Below, in pieces: positions 46,563 through 61,560 of a stretch of DNA of 64,000 bases. Every line of letters begins with the position of its first letter. Position 1 is the first letter of the stretch. The position numbers were made by a program, and so were the translations under genes. The notes beneath the pieces were generated by a model. That model made no database searches and was not told the DNA's origin. It saw only the letters and a list, made by a program, of their open reading frames with translations. Source of the DNA: the human T2T-CHM13v2.0 reference genome, Homo sapiens. The DNA lies in contig CP068257.2 in the NCBI GenBank assembly GCA_009914755.4, forward strand, positions 40,224,001 to 40,288,000, read 5' to 3'.

Positions 46563-46770
46563 CAGCCTGGGCAACATAGCCAGACCTTGTCTCTAAAAAA
46601 CTTAGCTGGGCTCGGTGGCACGTGCCCGTAGTCTCAGCTACTCAGGAGGCTGAGGCAGGAGGGTCACTTGAGTCCCACAGTTTGAGGCTGCAGTGAGCTG
46701 TGATCGTGTCACTGCACTCCAGCCTGGGCAACAGAGTGAGACCCTGTCTCAAACAAAAACAAACAAAAAA
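46563..46770 (+). mobile_element. Partial Alu (right arm)
   Basis: cagcctgggcaacatagccagaccttgtctctaaaaaacttagctgggctcggtggcacgtgcccgtagtctcagctactcaggaggctgagg ... gagaccctgtctcaaacaaaaacaaacaaaaaaaa. Confidence 0.85.
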
Positions 46771-48860
46771 AAGTTTTAATAGCATAATTTTGAAGAAACT
46801 AGAGAAACAAGCTCCTTTACGGGTAGGAGAATAAATTAGCGTAGTTTCCATTCAGATATTTGTGGATATCCATAAAAATTCTAAATGCACATAGCCTTTG
46901 ACCCACATGCAGGAATGGTGCCAGAGACGGACTCGCTTGTATGAATATGTGATCATCACATTTGCTTACATACTACGTGCCATCCCATGGGAAGTGTTGG
47001 ATGCACCTGGGCACATCCATAGGCTGCAACGCCGGGCAGCCGGAGACAGATTAGGCAAGTGTTGATCTGTGAAGGCTGGTTTCTCTGCCTGGCCCAGCAT
47101 TCTACAGTGGCTTCCATGTTGCACTATAGTAGGCCATCCCATGGCCCCCCAGACCTTTCTGGAGCATCCCCGGCGTCCACTGTCTCCCTGCTTGTCCCCA
47201 CCTGCGACTTCATGCCTCCCTCCAGCCTCCTGTCCCTGAAGCCTGTTCCCAAGGCCTTCTGTACTCTATCTTCAAACACTTCCCAGGTTTTCCACAACCT
47301 TCTCTGTATTCAGGTCTCCGCCCAACCCCACTCCCACCACCACCACTACAGCTAATGGACATTCCCTCTATACACGCACCTCCAGTGACATCACTCACAG
47401 TTCCAAAATGGCCAGATGACTGGTTCTGTGGGCCTCAGGACATGAAACAGTCCTCGGCATATGTGAATAAAAGGTTGTTTACACTAAAAAAGTGACAGGT
47501 CCACAGCAAGTGCGAATAACTGAAAGTAAACCAAAGACTTCAACCTCCCCCAGGCCATTTCTCCTATTACTACATACAGCCCACGGCTGGAATTCACTTA
47601 CACAATAATCGTCATATCTCGTCTTCAAGAGGATTGTCAATGTGTCCACTATAATCCTTCAGAACAATCTAGAAATAATACCTCTTAAGGCAGATTCATC
47701 TCCAAAATGTTAAAAGAAAAAAAAAAGTTTTATCTTAAAGTGTCAAATTTTCATTATTAACAATTAATGCAATATACAACTTTGAAAAATGGGCAGAAAG
47801 AAAGAAAAAACAACTATAAAGGTTGTTATTGAGGAAAATGGAAAATCTGAACGTGAACAGTGATACCGGATAATAGTATTGGATCAATGTTAAATTTCCC
47901 AAGGGTGATCATTGTATTGAAAGTATGGTAGCCCGTGCCATTCATTGTTCTCACCAAATTGTTCTGAAGGATTTAGGGTGAAATATTGTGATATCTGCAA
48001 ACGTGACAGAGACCGAGAGAGAGCAGATGTGGCAAAACTGGTGAATCTAGGTGAAGGCTATATGGGTTGTTCCGTAGGTTTGAAATTAAAAATAAATGAG
48101 TTGAAAATTTAAAAAACAACAGACAAGAGCTTCCATGGCTATCAGTGAATTTCCTTGTGAACACTTAATTCTTCCTGAAAGATACTAGATGGGATTAAGA
48201 TGTAATTAATCACTGAGGGCTATGCCCGCAGCCCTGTGGACCGCCCGCCCGCCCGCCTTAGATCAGTACTTTTCCAATTAGCACGTCTCCTGGGCTCTGG
48301 TTTTGTTATAATTCAAATACAAACCTACTGCTGTGCAAAGCATGATAGACATCCTCAACCACCTCTCCAGCCACCTCCAGCTTTTAAGAAAAAAAAAATT
48401 GGCTAATTTTTCTCATAAAGAGGGAAGTCTGATCATCAGCGAATAAGTTAATTCCTACTAAATATGAAACATTGACTCTCACTTCATGTTATTCTCACCC
48501 AAAACAGGCAGCATTAAAGTTCAAAAAAGACCATATATCCTTGAAGAGTAACTGCTGAACTTATTCACTGGCAGTGGGCCTTATAGCACAGTGAATGACC
48601 AGGTTAGAGACATGCTTCACATTTGCTTACATACCCACAAATTAGGGGATGATGTATCTGGACTGTCTAGTAGAACTTTATCATAGGAGTATGTAGATTT
48701 TCCATGGAGTGCTGTTGTGTGACTTGAATTTTAGTCTTGGCCCTGCCTCTGACTTCCTCAGTGATTTATCCTGGTTCCAGGGAAGGAGACCAGCCTTTTC
48801 CTCATGCTAGTCTTTGGTGGTTTTTAAACATTTGTTTAACTCAACAAATGAAATGTATCA

Positions 48861-49220
<360 letters not shown>

Positions 49221-49289
49221 CATATAGGACCATAGTCCTTAATCTCTCCAATCGACACAGGCAGAGCCAGAGACTCACGGCTGTGAGCA

Positions 49290-49420
49290 GAGGTTCTCCA
49301 GGCAAACAGCCAGTGCTCAAATTCTGGTCTAGCCAGCTGTCAGCTTGGGCAAGTTACTTAACCTCTCTGTGCCTCAGTTTCTTAACCTGTAAAGCTGAAA
49401 TAGATCATGCCCCATGGAGT
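49290..49420 (+). mobile_element. MIR SINE fragment
   Basis: gctgtcagcttgggcaagttacttaacctctctgtgcctcagtttcttaacctgtaaag matches the MIR core. Confidence 0.7.
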
Positions 49421-49453
49421 TGTTTCAGAGAGTATATGAGTCACTACATATAA

Positions 49454-49831
<378 letters not shown>

Positions 49832-52800
49832 TAAAAGCTATGCTTGCTACCGAGCTAGACTATAAATTAATACATCCCCTGGGCTTAGTCCAGTGCTTCA
49901 CCTGGTACAGCAATGATGATCACCAGCTGATAACCCTTCTATTAAGGTGCCCAACGTACCTGCACGTCCAACTTTATAAATATCGATGACATTAATATAG
50001 ACCTATAAATACATAGGCAACTAGTTTTGAATGCCTGTTACAGCAGGGCGTGACTCGCAGTTTCCACTGTGGACAGTCACAGTGTGGAGCTGGGGAAGGC
50101 CAGTGGAGGAAAGCTGTTTCTAGGTCATGATTGGGAAGGAGGGCCTGGCCTTGGCAGCTTTCTCTCTAGGGGGATCACTGTGCTATGTCAGCCATCCTGG
50201 TGTCTAGCCCCCTTTGGTGAGTGATCTGCATTTTAAAAATAAACTTTATTGACATATACACACATCACCCTGTCTTTGTAGGGGTGCTAAGGTCAAAACA
50301 GCATGTGGTCATCCCCTCCAGTGTCCTGCTCAGTCCCCAGCACCAGGTCCTGGGTGATGGAGGGTGAGGTGGGTGGAAGCAAAGCTGCTGTCTGTGCTCA
50401 CGTAAGGGTCATCAGCTGACCTTTGTCCTTGCTCTGCTAGGTGGGCAGTGACTGTACGAAGCCCCGGGGGATACAGGAAATGAGAGCAATGCAGGACAGT
50501 GAAGCCTGAGAGCCGGAGGCCTGGACCGTGCCGCTGCAAGCACGCCAATTCCGCAGCCTGCAGAGAAGCTCCTTCGTGGGGAAGGCAGGGCTTGAGTTGG
50601 GTTAGACCATTCGAAGAGTGAGTGTGAACTGCTGGGCACGAGGATGCACACTCCAGAATGACCGAGGGTGGTTGAGTTGGATTAATTTGGGCAGTGGAGA
50701 CGCATTGGCAAACAGTGCTCATCTGGAGGTGATCAGCTTAGGAAAGTTGGTAAATTAGGACAAGCTTGGCCTCCAGCAACTCAATCCAGCCTCCTCCTGG
50801 AGCATCAGCACAAAGTGGGTCCCTCTGGCCACACAGAGGAAGCAACAGTTCAATCACTGGGTCCTGAACCACTTCTAACTCCAAACAAGAGGCACTGCCA
50901 TCACCACCTTGTGGTGCCCAGGAAATGGAGCAGAAAACCTGGAACCCAGCTGGGAAGCATCGGGCTCCCTCTAAGGGTCTACACGGTGTCTAGCGAGCGG
51001 GCGGGACAGCTGAGAGGAGGGGTGGGCAGTGTGGGGACAGGAGGCTGGGCCTGTCCAGTAGCTTTCTCCAGGACACCAGCTCTCCACGTGCTCTGCTGTC
51101 TGGGCACCGCAGGGGGAATGAAGACTGAGGGAGACCACGGGAACTGATGACTAGAAAGAAGGCACGATGCCTGCATGGGGCCCGCAGGACACGTCTGTGA
51201 CCCGACTCGACCGCCTCCCTCCCAGAACCACCGTGAGCCCCAGGCAAGTGCCGACGCTGTTCCACCTGTGGCTGAGCCAGGTACCTGTCCCCTCTGCATG
51301 CACCCGGGCCACCCACCGGGGTGGGGAATGGACAGTGAAGTCCAAGGATGACCTGATGAAAGGGGCGCTCAGAGAAGACCCTGGGACTTCCAGGACAGAA
51401 CAGGACTCGGGAAAAACAACTCAGTGTAGTGTTCTGTGTGCACATTTATTTCTTTCAAAGATTGTTTGTGTTCCAGCCACATCTTCTCCAAAGGAACCCA
51501 CCCAAGCCCGTGTGCAGGCTTGCTGCAGGGCTGTCTTCGGCGTTTAAAGTGCTACTGAGGAATACAATCATTGTCACGTAAGTTCATCACCGCACTCCAG
51601 CGTCAGGCCAAACCTTTCCGTGGACCTGGAAAACCTGCCATTTTCTTCTCTTTTTACAATGCAGTTTCAACATAACATTGGTAGAGTAAACAACAAACCA
51701 CAAGCCTAAATGATGAATGGTGCGCTGCTGCCCAGCTGCTAACTGAGAGAACGAGGCAGTGTATTGTGTTTCGAATGCAAACGGTCATGGACCCAAGTTA
51801 ACCTGAGTTTGCTCTGCAGGATTCCGCGGGGGCCTTGCCCTGTGCAGGCTGCTTTGGTCTTCGTGTCTAGGCCGGTTTGGGGCAGTGGGGAGAGGGCCTG
51901 GCAGCAGGGTTTACGCCAGCCCCGAGGTCTGTTTTCCGTCAGACAGAGATACGTGTCCTGCCTTCCACCATCCACCAATTTGTACTCTGAAGTTTCCAGA
52001 TCAAGAGCCGTGAGATTACTACCCAGGAAACACCTGCCTTCGGTGGCCAGCAGTGTAAATTAATCTTTCCCTCTCTGCTCAAAGCAACTTTGCAACTCTC
52101 GTCTATAGAGGTGGCCAGTAAAACCCAAGCAAAAATCTAAACAGGCACCAGGTGGCCACTGAGTGGCGACTGGTCGAGTAGCAGTTGGTCATAAGGGATC
52201 AGGGCTGGTTTTGAACTCAGACTTGAAACTTGACGAAAATAAAGTGCTCTGTCAAAACTCTCACAGCAGGTTTTCAGCTGGAACAAGGAGATGGCTACTT
52301 TTTGTTATTGCTACAATAACACACGCGTGTGTGCAAACACACATAACACACACACACACTTAAAGCTCCATTTCACTCCTCCACAAAGAACAGAGGCACC
52401 TCCTTAAACAAAGCAAACGGGGAAGGGTTGCAAGCTCATTAAAACCAACATGAGCACCCAGTTCCAGAGATACAGACACAATTAATCTTAGTGTTCATGA
52501 GGAATTGTTTTTAAAACACAACTGGGCAAAACTTTCATCCAGACAAAAGCCAAAAACAAAAGCCCTCAAGCCACAAAAGCTTGTAGAAGAGGTGAGGCGA
52601 TAAAGGTGATTTACACATCAGTATTTTTAGCATTTGGTGGATAATCTTAATTTATCTTTAACCTTCACAACATTTACTTTGTCATAAATACCCTACACCA
52701 TGAAAAAACAAACCTGTATAAAACAGCTTGGAAAACAAACATTCACAGTATCAATACAGCCCATTTCTCACGGTGCTACCCTGAAGCTAGCCGACGTGTT

Positions 52801-53003
52801 GCCTTTGCCTTTGCTTCATAAACTCCCTCCCATGTTGGTGTTTTCTGTAACTTCAGAAAAGGCCATTGGATGGAGACAACGTGTGCGTGTCTACAGGAAG
52901 CAGAGCCCTAGACCTTGGTATTCAACAGTAAGCAGCGCTCATGGGATTCATCTGGAAATGGAATAGTTAAAACCTTTTTTTTTTTTGAGAGCAAGAAGGC
53001 TTA

Positions 53004-53300
<297 letters not shown>

Positions 53301-53749
53301 AAATAAAAAAAAACTTCTGATATCCTTGCACTTGAATAGAGTGCACCTGAATTCCAAAATCAAATAAAAAAGAACAATTAAAAACTTCTCATCAGTGTCT
53401 GAAATTCTGACACATAATATCCTCTTGGAATTCTTAAATATGTCTCAGCCTCTTTTTACCACATGGCAAAGAGCAGTAAAACTTCAAGTAAAACATTAAA
53501 GTGAACATCTGTCCCATCTGTCCCAAAAGACTAGCAGTGATGCCTGACTTTGGGGACAGAAACTTGGTAGTATTCACATGTTTTGAAACTCCAGGTGCTT
53601 TTTTTACAATGATTAAAACTGGAATATAATTTTTAAAAACAAAGCAGGTTGGAAAAGTCATTTTAAAGTCACTTGATAATTCCTGGAACACCTAAGAAGT
53701 TTGTAATGCGCATTTTAAAGTGAAATTCCTAATGTCGTTTTCTAATCTC

Positions 53750-54000
53750 TCTCTCTAAAAAAGAAGAAAAAAAAATCCTATAATTTTGGTTTTTATACAG
53801 GTTTTTACTAAAAAAGAAAAAAATCCTATAATTTTGGTTTTCATATAGGTTTTTACTAAAAAAGAAAAAATCCTATAATTTTGGTTTTTATATAGGTTTT
53901 TACTAAAAAAGAAAAAAATCCTATAATTTTGGTTTTGATACAGGTTTTTACTAAAAAAGAAAAAATCCTATAATTTTGGTTTTTATATAGGTTTTTACTC
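53750..54000. repeat. AT-rich ~59-bp minisatellite x 5 (aaaaaagaaaaaaatcctataattttggtttttatataggtttttact)
   Basis: Five direct copies with minor variants (tatacagg/tatatagg/gatacagg) are visible. Confidence 0.95.
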
Positions 54001-55437
54001 ACCAGTGGCTCTATTACCCCCGAAATATTTAATGTTTAAGGATTAACAAGAGGCTACGGAAGGAAGCTTGCCCATTTCCGTCTCCATGACAGAAGCCAAG
54101 CTTTCGTAACAGCCTTTTACATGTCTTTGGAGAAAAGTGAATCATATTAAACTGTCAAGAACACTTCACCCCAATGATGACTGCTCTTTGACCAGCATGT
54201 CTACTGGAAGTGGCACATTCAGAAGTGAGATCTGTGAATGAACTGAAATAGAAAGGCAACTGATGAGGAAAGCGACTGGAATGATATTAGGGATATTCAA
54301 ATGGTGTGCCAGGTTTGTGATGTTTTCCACCAAAACAAACCCAAACAAGGGCACCCCAACCTGTGTCCAAGAGGACTGTTCACAGCAAAATTCTGAAGCG
54401 CTCATAGAAGGAATGTCCTGCGAGTTTGGCCCATTTGTTATTAAACTTCCATTCCTAAGACTGACACCTGAGACACAAAATAATTTCCTCTATTGCCCTA
54501 AAAAGACTTTGTTTTGGCTACTGGCAGCACTTGGCAAAATCCATGTATGTGTTTGGTTACTGTGTTCTACGAGCGGTCACGTATGGCTCCTGACTTCATC
54601 TGACAGGCCCGCTGTGCTCTTGTTTAGCAAGTATGACAGGCAGGAAAAAAAACCCTGGATGTCAACTGCTCCACTAGCATTATTAGAGCTTTTAACACGA
54701 TAGAGAAAAATGTAAAAACCATGTGAGAATATATATATCTTCCACTTGCAAGTAGGCTCAAAGTAAACTTAGAAAAGTGTTCTGCATACTATGCATAGGA
54801 TATAGTTAGTGTTCAAGTTCTATGGCTAATATCAAAGGTAGATGACTTCCTACATCTGTCGTAGCGTCTCCATTCTTATCAAAATTTCTCTATTAATCCA
54901 AAATCCTGCCTATGTTCCACTTCCCTGTACTCAGGGCCAGCTGCATTTTTTATTCCAAGCAGCAGATGAAGAGAGGTGACCCATCCTTTCCATTCACAGT
55001 GACAGCACAGGGGGGCACCTCCTTTTTGTGACATGGTCCAGGCATGGACCCAAAACAACACTTGTTAGTGTAGAATAGGTAAACTAAGTCCCTCAAACCT
55101 GCCCTCCACAATCTATTAGAGCATATTATTTCACTTATAATGTTAATCTCCTTCTAATATTGAACCCTAACCCTTAGCTATGAGCACAGCCCAAGCTCTG
55201 CAGCTGTCAAGTCTCATTTAGCATCTGGTGGCAAGTTGGGCTTTTTTGTCCTCTCTGGGAGAAGCCTCCTGGCTGGAGACTCAGATTTTGTTTTCCCTTT
55301 AAATGACGAGATGGTTGGAAGAAACCCAGCAAGACAAGCGGGGCATCTGGACATCCGGCGGACACACTGGCTGCGTCCTGGTGAGGGTAGTTAACGTGGG
55401 TGCACGTCTTCTGGCTTGGAGGTGATGACCTCAGGCC

Positions 55438-55791
<354 letters not shown>

Positions 55792-55949
55792 TCACTACCT
55801 GCATGAGAAAAACAACTGGAATCTGGCTTGTACAAAACGAGAGTTTTCAAGATGAAAAGGAAACGAGATTATAACAGTAGAAGCAGTAAGCCTGAACTAT
55901 CGCTTGATATCCCTTTCTAAGGCCGATATTTATATTCCTGAATTTTTTT

Positions 55950-56256
55950 TCTTTTTTTTTTTGAGACAGAGTCTTGCTGTCTGTCGCCCAGGCTGGACTG
56001 CAGTGGCGCGATCTTGGCTCACTGCAACCTCCACCTCCAGGTTCAAGCGATTCTCCTGCCTCAGCCTCCCAAATAGCTGGGATTACAGGTGTGTGCCACC
56101 ATGCCTAGCTAATTTTTTTGTATTTCTAGTAGAGACAGGGTTTCACCATGTTGGTCAGGCTGGTCTCGAACTCCTGACCTCAGGTGATCCACCCCTCCCT
56201 CAGCCTCCCAAAGTGCTGGGAGCTGGGATTACAGGCATGAGCCACCACACCTGGCT
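55950..56256 (-). mobile_element. Alu SINE
   Basis: tttttttttgagacagagtcttgctgtctgtcgcccaggctggactgcagtggcgcgatcttggctcactgc ... gggattacaggcatgagccaccacacctggc. Confidence 0.95.
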
Positions 56257-59240
56257 TATATCCCTGATTTTCTATCAGACCAAATGGAGGCAGACAGCTA
56301 TTGCCTCGGTTGGGATACCTGGGTCCCCTCTGTGCCACCCACTTCCCCTCATTAGGAAGGGTGTAGCTGGCAAAGCAGTACTATGTCCCAGAAAGGATGG
56401 TCACACTCATAAAACCCAATTAAGACCCTGAGAACAATGGTATTCACTTTCTTAGGAATGTTAAATAATATTTGCTCTTTTGGGAATAAGATTTTATTAA
56501 AAAATAATTCCAGATCCTATCATATTAGGCTATGCCATCTGAAGTTTGTTACTTGGGCATATTTGGCCTACAAAACGTCAATTTTGTGTGGTTCGATGTA
56601 TCTGCTTACAGATAGATACAGATCTCTATATACAGATATTTACCTGGCTATAGATATCCATCAGGTAGTAGAATATGGAATAGAAAAAAATTAGCAGCAG
56701 CAGCAACAATAATTTCAACAGCAATGATTCCTTAAAGATCAAGTACAAGCTAATGTAGTGGGTGCAAGAGCCCACTAATTTGCTTTTTCACAGATTAGTT
56801 TAACATCCTATTAACCAAGGCTGGCAAGGTCGAGGGAGTAAGCATTTCAGGCCAGCCTGTGAAATTCATTACCGCTGGCATGTAGGTGGTAATGACTTTG
56901 AAAGAAGACAGGTCTGATCATCATGAAGAGGAGCTTTATACCTAATGTGATAATTTATTCCCTTTGTGATAGGCATATCCAATAAACATTTCAATAGCCA
57001 TGACATATGCAAATCGCCACCCATGTTGAGGAGGTTGAAGGAGGGCACGAAGAATATCAATTCCCTCTTCTAAATGAAATGCACACCAACAATTGTGGCA
57101 TCTGAGGGCAGTCGGAGAAACCTGACCTAGACCTGCCTATGAATCTTTGTATAATCAAAGCCTACTATGGGGAAAGAAGCATGTGCCCCTGAGCCTGACT
57201 TCAAGCAGGAACTACTGTGTCCCATCTGCTCTGCCCAGGTTACAGGACAGAAACTGAGAAGATGAAAGGCCGCAATGGACTGAATTTAATTTGATCAAAG
57301 CGGCCATAATTTTTTAAAAACTTGACTCTCTCAACACAACCAAATCACTTTTTATGACGTGTCATTTGGACATTTTTTACAGTGATCTAAAGTTAGGAGC
57401 CTGTGTGCAGGGGCTTCGGGGACTGCTGGAAAAGGAATGAAAAAGGCGGGTAAGTAGTATCAACGTGTAAATGATGTCCCTGTTGTCCACAGGCCTAATG
57501 GCACACCTGTGGGACATCAGTGTCAGTTCCTGGAGTGAGTCACGTCCCTGAAAAATACAGCACATCGTGAAAAACCAGCCATCAGCAGGGTGTGTTCTGA
57601 CAGGTGGATAATGACCCCCAACTGGACATGACTTTGGAGTTTGGCCAGTGGGGCAGATACAGTGGTGCTGATGTGGCTAACTGCCTGGTGTATCAGAGGG
57701 CACCTGCTGGGGAAATGCCCTGGGCATGGTGATAGGGGCTCCCAGGCAGAGGAACCCCCAGCTGTCAGGGGGCTCTGAGCTGACCAGGTGACCTGAGGCT
57801 GGGGGATGAGGGGGACCTCAGTGGTGTTTCTGATCTATAGGCACCTGCACCTGCCTTGAAGCTCTGCTTTAGGCTGATCTTGGAGGCCCTGAAGGGCCTA
57901 TGGACAAGGGCTCCCAGGTGGAACAGGGGAGAGGAAGGGGTGGATCCATCAGCTTCACCTGGACTGCTCCAACGTCACCCCCTTCACTTCTAGGGGAAAT
58001 GGAGGCCTAGGGGGAGGGAACGCCAACCCACCCCCTGGGGTCAACCACAGACCCAAGGACTCAGAACCCCCAGCAGTGAGAGGTTCCCTCCTGCTCCACC
58101 TCCAAAGTCCATTTCATAGGCGTCCCTGCACTGAAGCTGGCCTGGCGTCTGTATCCAGGCCTGAGGTATGAGCAGGGACAATGTTATGGGCTGAACTTGG
58201 CTCCCCCACCCCCACCCAAATTCATATGTTACAGTCCTAATCCCCAGTACTTCACAGAATGTGACCTTATTTGGAGATGGGGTCCTTGCAGAAGTCATCA
58301 ACTTAAAATTAGATCATTGGGGTGGCCCGTGATCCAATATGCCTGCTGTCCTTATCAAAAGGGGAAATTTAGACACAGAGACAGACACGCAAGGGAAGAC
58401 ATTGTGAAGGGTCACAGGAAGGATGCCACGTGAAGATGAAGGCAGAGCACAGGGTGATGCTTCTACAAGCCAAGGAACACCAAAGGTTGTCAGCAGCTGT
58501 CAGGAGCTGGAGAGGCGGGAGCAGGCTCTCCCACAGGGCCTCAGAAAGGGTGGCCCTGCTAGCACCAGCAGCTCAGACTTCCAGCCTCCAGAACAGGGAA
58601 AGAATTGGCTCCTGGTGTTGCAAACACCCAGTTTGTGGTACTTTGATACAGCCCTGGGAGGGGAGGGGGCGCATTTGGCTTAAGGATCCAGGAACGTCCA
58701 CCATGTCTTCCTGTTCAGTCCTTAGAACCCAGGCAGCAACATGGAGGAGTGGAGGCGGAGAGGACAGTGAAGCAGCATCCTCAGCCCCGAGCCCTCCAAA
58801 CAACAGGCCTCTAAGGACAACAGGCGTGCAGGCCCTTCCTGGAGAATCTGGCAGGATGGGGGTCCGGGGACACTGGGCATGAGCATTTTTAAAAGTTCCC
58901 AGGTCTTTTGAACATGCAGCTGGGGTTATCCACTGCTAGCCCGGGTCTGGCCAAAATGCCACTAGTGCTTAGAGCACCCGGAGGCCACAGCCGACAACGC
59001 AGGAGCAGGCCAGGGCCAAGGACACAGGCACCATACCTGCTCTCCTGCATGTCGCTGCTCATGCTCCTTCGCACTTCACTCTGGGGGCCGGCAGACCACA
59101 GGGCTATGTGGGTAGAAGCTGACGCAGCCCACCCGCAGGGCCCGGCGCCACGCCAGAGACGCGCGGTGTGCCCAGGTTAAGAGGGAAATGGGTGTGGAGA
59201 CAGGCAAGGCACGGCTGTGTTCAAAAGACCTTAGAACAGG

Positions 59241-59615
59241 TACAGGAGCCAGGCACGGTGGCTCAGGCCTGTAATCCCAGCACTTTGGGAGGCTGAGGTT
59301 TGGAGAATCCCTTGAGCCCAGGAATTGGAGACTAGCCTAGGCAACACAGCAAGACCCCATCTCTATTTTTAAAAAATAAAAAAATTAAACTTTTTTTAAA
59401 AGAAATAAAATGGGATATGCACATTTTCAAGCAGTTATGATAATTTATGCAAGTGAAATTGTACTACAAGTGCCTAAACCTGGGAGGCTGAGGTAAGTGT
59501 TTTGCTTGAGCACAAGAATTCGAGACTACAATGAGCTATGATCTTGCCACTGCACTCCAGCCTGGGTGACAGAACAAGACCCTGTCTCTCAAAATAAAAT
59601 AAAATAATAAAAATA
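59241..59615 (+). mobile_element. Two partial Alu pieces (59241-59370 and 59473-59615)
   Basis: gccaggcacggtggctcaggcctgtaatcccagcactttgggaggctgagg ..., then ..cactgcactccagcctgggtgacagaacaagaccctgtctctcaaaataaaataaaataat. Confidence 0.8.
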
Positions 59616-59727
59616 AAAACTGCCTAAAATTCTAATTCTTGGCATATTAAGATGAAATAGCAAGGATTGCAGCCTGCATGTAAAAAGATGGTAGACAAGA
59701 AAGATTCGCACGGCATGTTTGTTTTAA

Positions 59728-60222
<495 letters not shown>

Positions 60223-61289
60223 GTTTTGTTGAATTTCATAGTTCAACATCAATGCCAGAAACCAGATTATGGTCATATGTGCCCGTGTGCAAATCTTCCT
60301 GAAATCGTTTGTGTGACTTGCACACTTTCCCCTAACCTGATAATTTGTCACAGCTTCTAGGGGGATGGCATCAACTTCTCGAACAGGGCACAGTCATGTG
60401 CGGGTGGGGACTGAGGTTTGCAGTTCTGTAGACTGGACCCTCAATTATATTCCCCAGCCGCCTCTGAGGAAGGAGGCCTGATCCCTACCATTTTTAGGGT
60501 TGCTTTTGGTCACTGTTTTCCTACCTATAGGATTTTAAGACAGATTCCTCAATTAGCTATTTATGTTTGCTAGACTCTGTAGGGACAAATGAGGAAGCTA
60601 AGGTTTGGAGAGGTGGCTGTCTGGGGTCGCACACTAATGGGACGGGTGTGTGACATTGCGCTTTCTGGCTCTGAAGTCCATGTTCCCAGGCCCTGCTCTT
60701 CCATGCTGCTAAGGACAGCGTCTGAGAAGTGGCCAGCCAGGTGTCTAGAAAAATGGGCAAGTCTGTGGCCCCTGGGGAGGAGACTCCGGAGAGTGTGGAT
60801 ACATCAAAGCCCGTGGGGTCTCATGGAGCAAAGCCCCCTAATCCTGCAAGGACTCGGGCGGGATTCCCAGAATGAGTTGCGTCTCCAGAGAGGCATGCAG
60901 GGGGCAGGGGAGGAGGATTCCAGCCATGCGGACAGAGGCCATTCCATTCCCTTTCTCAATAGCAATGGGAAAGCCTGTTTCGACTTGGAAGCAGATTGTT
61001 CACTATCACCTTTGGGGTAAACGATGCAGGGAGAACAGGGCCCCCAGATTTGCCAGTGCACACTAAATAGCCGCCCCATGGTGGTTGTGAGGGTCAAGGC
61101 TGAGACAGGAGCACACTCTTGTCTGCTGGGCAGTAACCCCATATGGAATGTACCGGTCTGCCCACCTCCATGAGCAACACCTGTGAGGTGTCGCTGTGTC
61201 AACCTGGCTGCAGCACCCGGAGATTCAACAGAACACGCACTGAGGTGCGGCTGGGAAGGCATTGTGTAGATGTGGATAACAACTCCAGC

Positions 61290-61560
61290 CAGTGGACTTT
61301 AAGGAAAGGAGATTATCCTGGAGAATGTGGGTAGGCCTCATCCAATCAGCTGAAGGCCCTAAGAGCAAACACTGGTTTTCCAGGGAGGAGGAAATTCTGC
61401 CTCAAGAATGAAGCATCAGCTCTTGCCGGGGTCTCTGGCCTGCTGCCTGCCCTGCGGATTTCAGACCTGTCAATCTCATGAGTCAGTTCCTTAAATATGT
61501 AACCTATGGGTTCTGCTTCTCTGGAGGACTGTGACTGATCCAGTAACTGATGGTCTGGAT
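61290..61560 (+). mobile_element. MaLR-type LTR (MLT1/MST-like) fragment
   Basis: Characteristic LTR string ..ccaatcagctgaaggccctaagagcaaa..gaaattctgcctcaagaatgaagcatcagctcttgc..gcctgctgcctgccctgcggatttcagacctgtcaatctcatgagtcagttccttaaatatgtaacctatgggttctgcttctctggaggactgtgactgatcca. I recognise it by pattern from MaLR LTRs; the exact subfamily is not determinable here. Confidence 0.6.

Noticed and set aside
57377-57565. Minus-strand ORF with a good acceptor (tgtgctgtatttttcag|GGACGTG)
   Set aside because: No convincing in-frame donor follows it. The only candidates are cccacag|gtgtgc, giving a 41-nt exon, or a read-through to a stop. There is no recognisable protein similarity. It could be a minor exon of the upstream gene, but I cannot support it.
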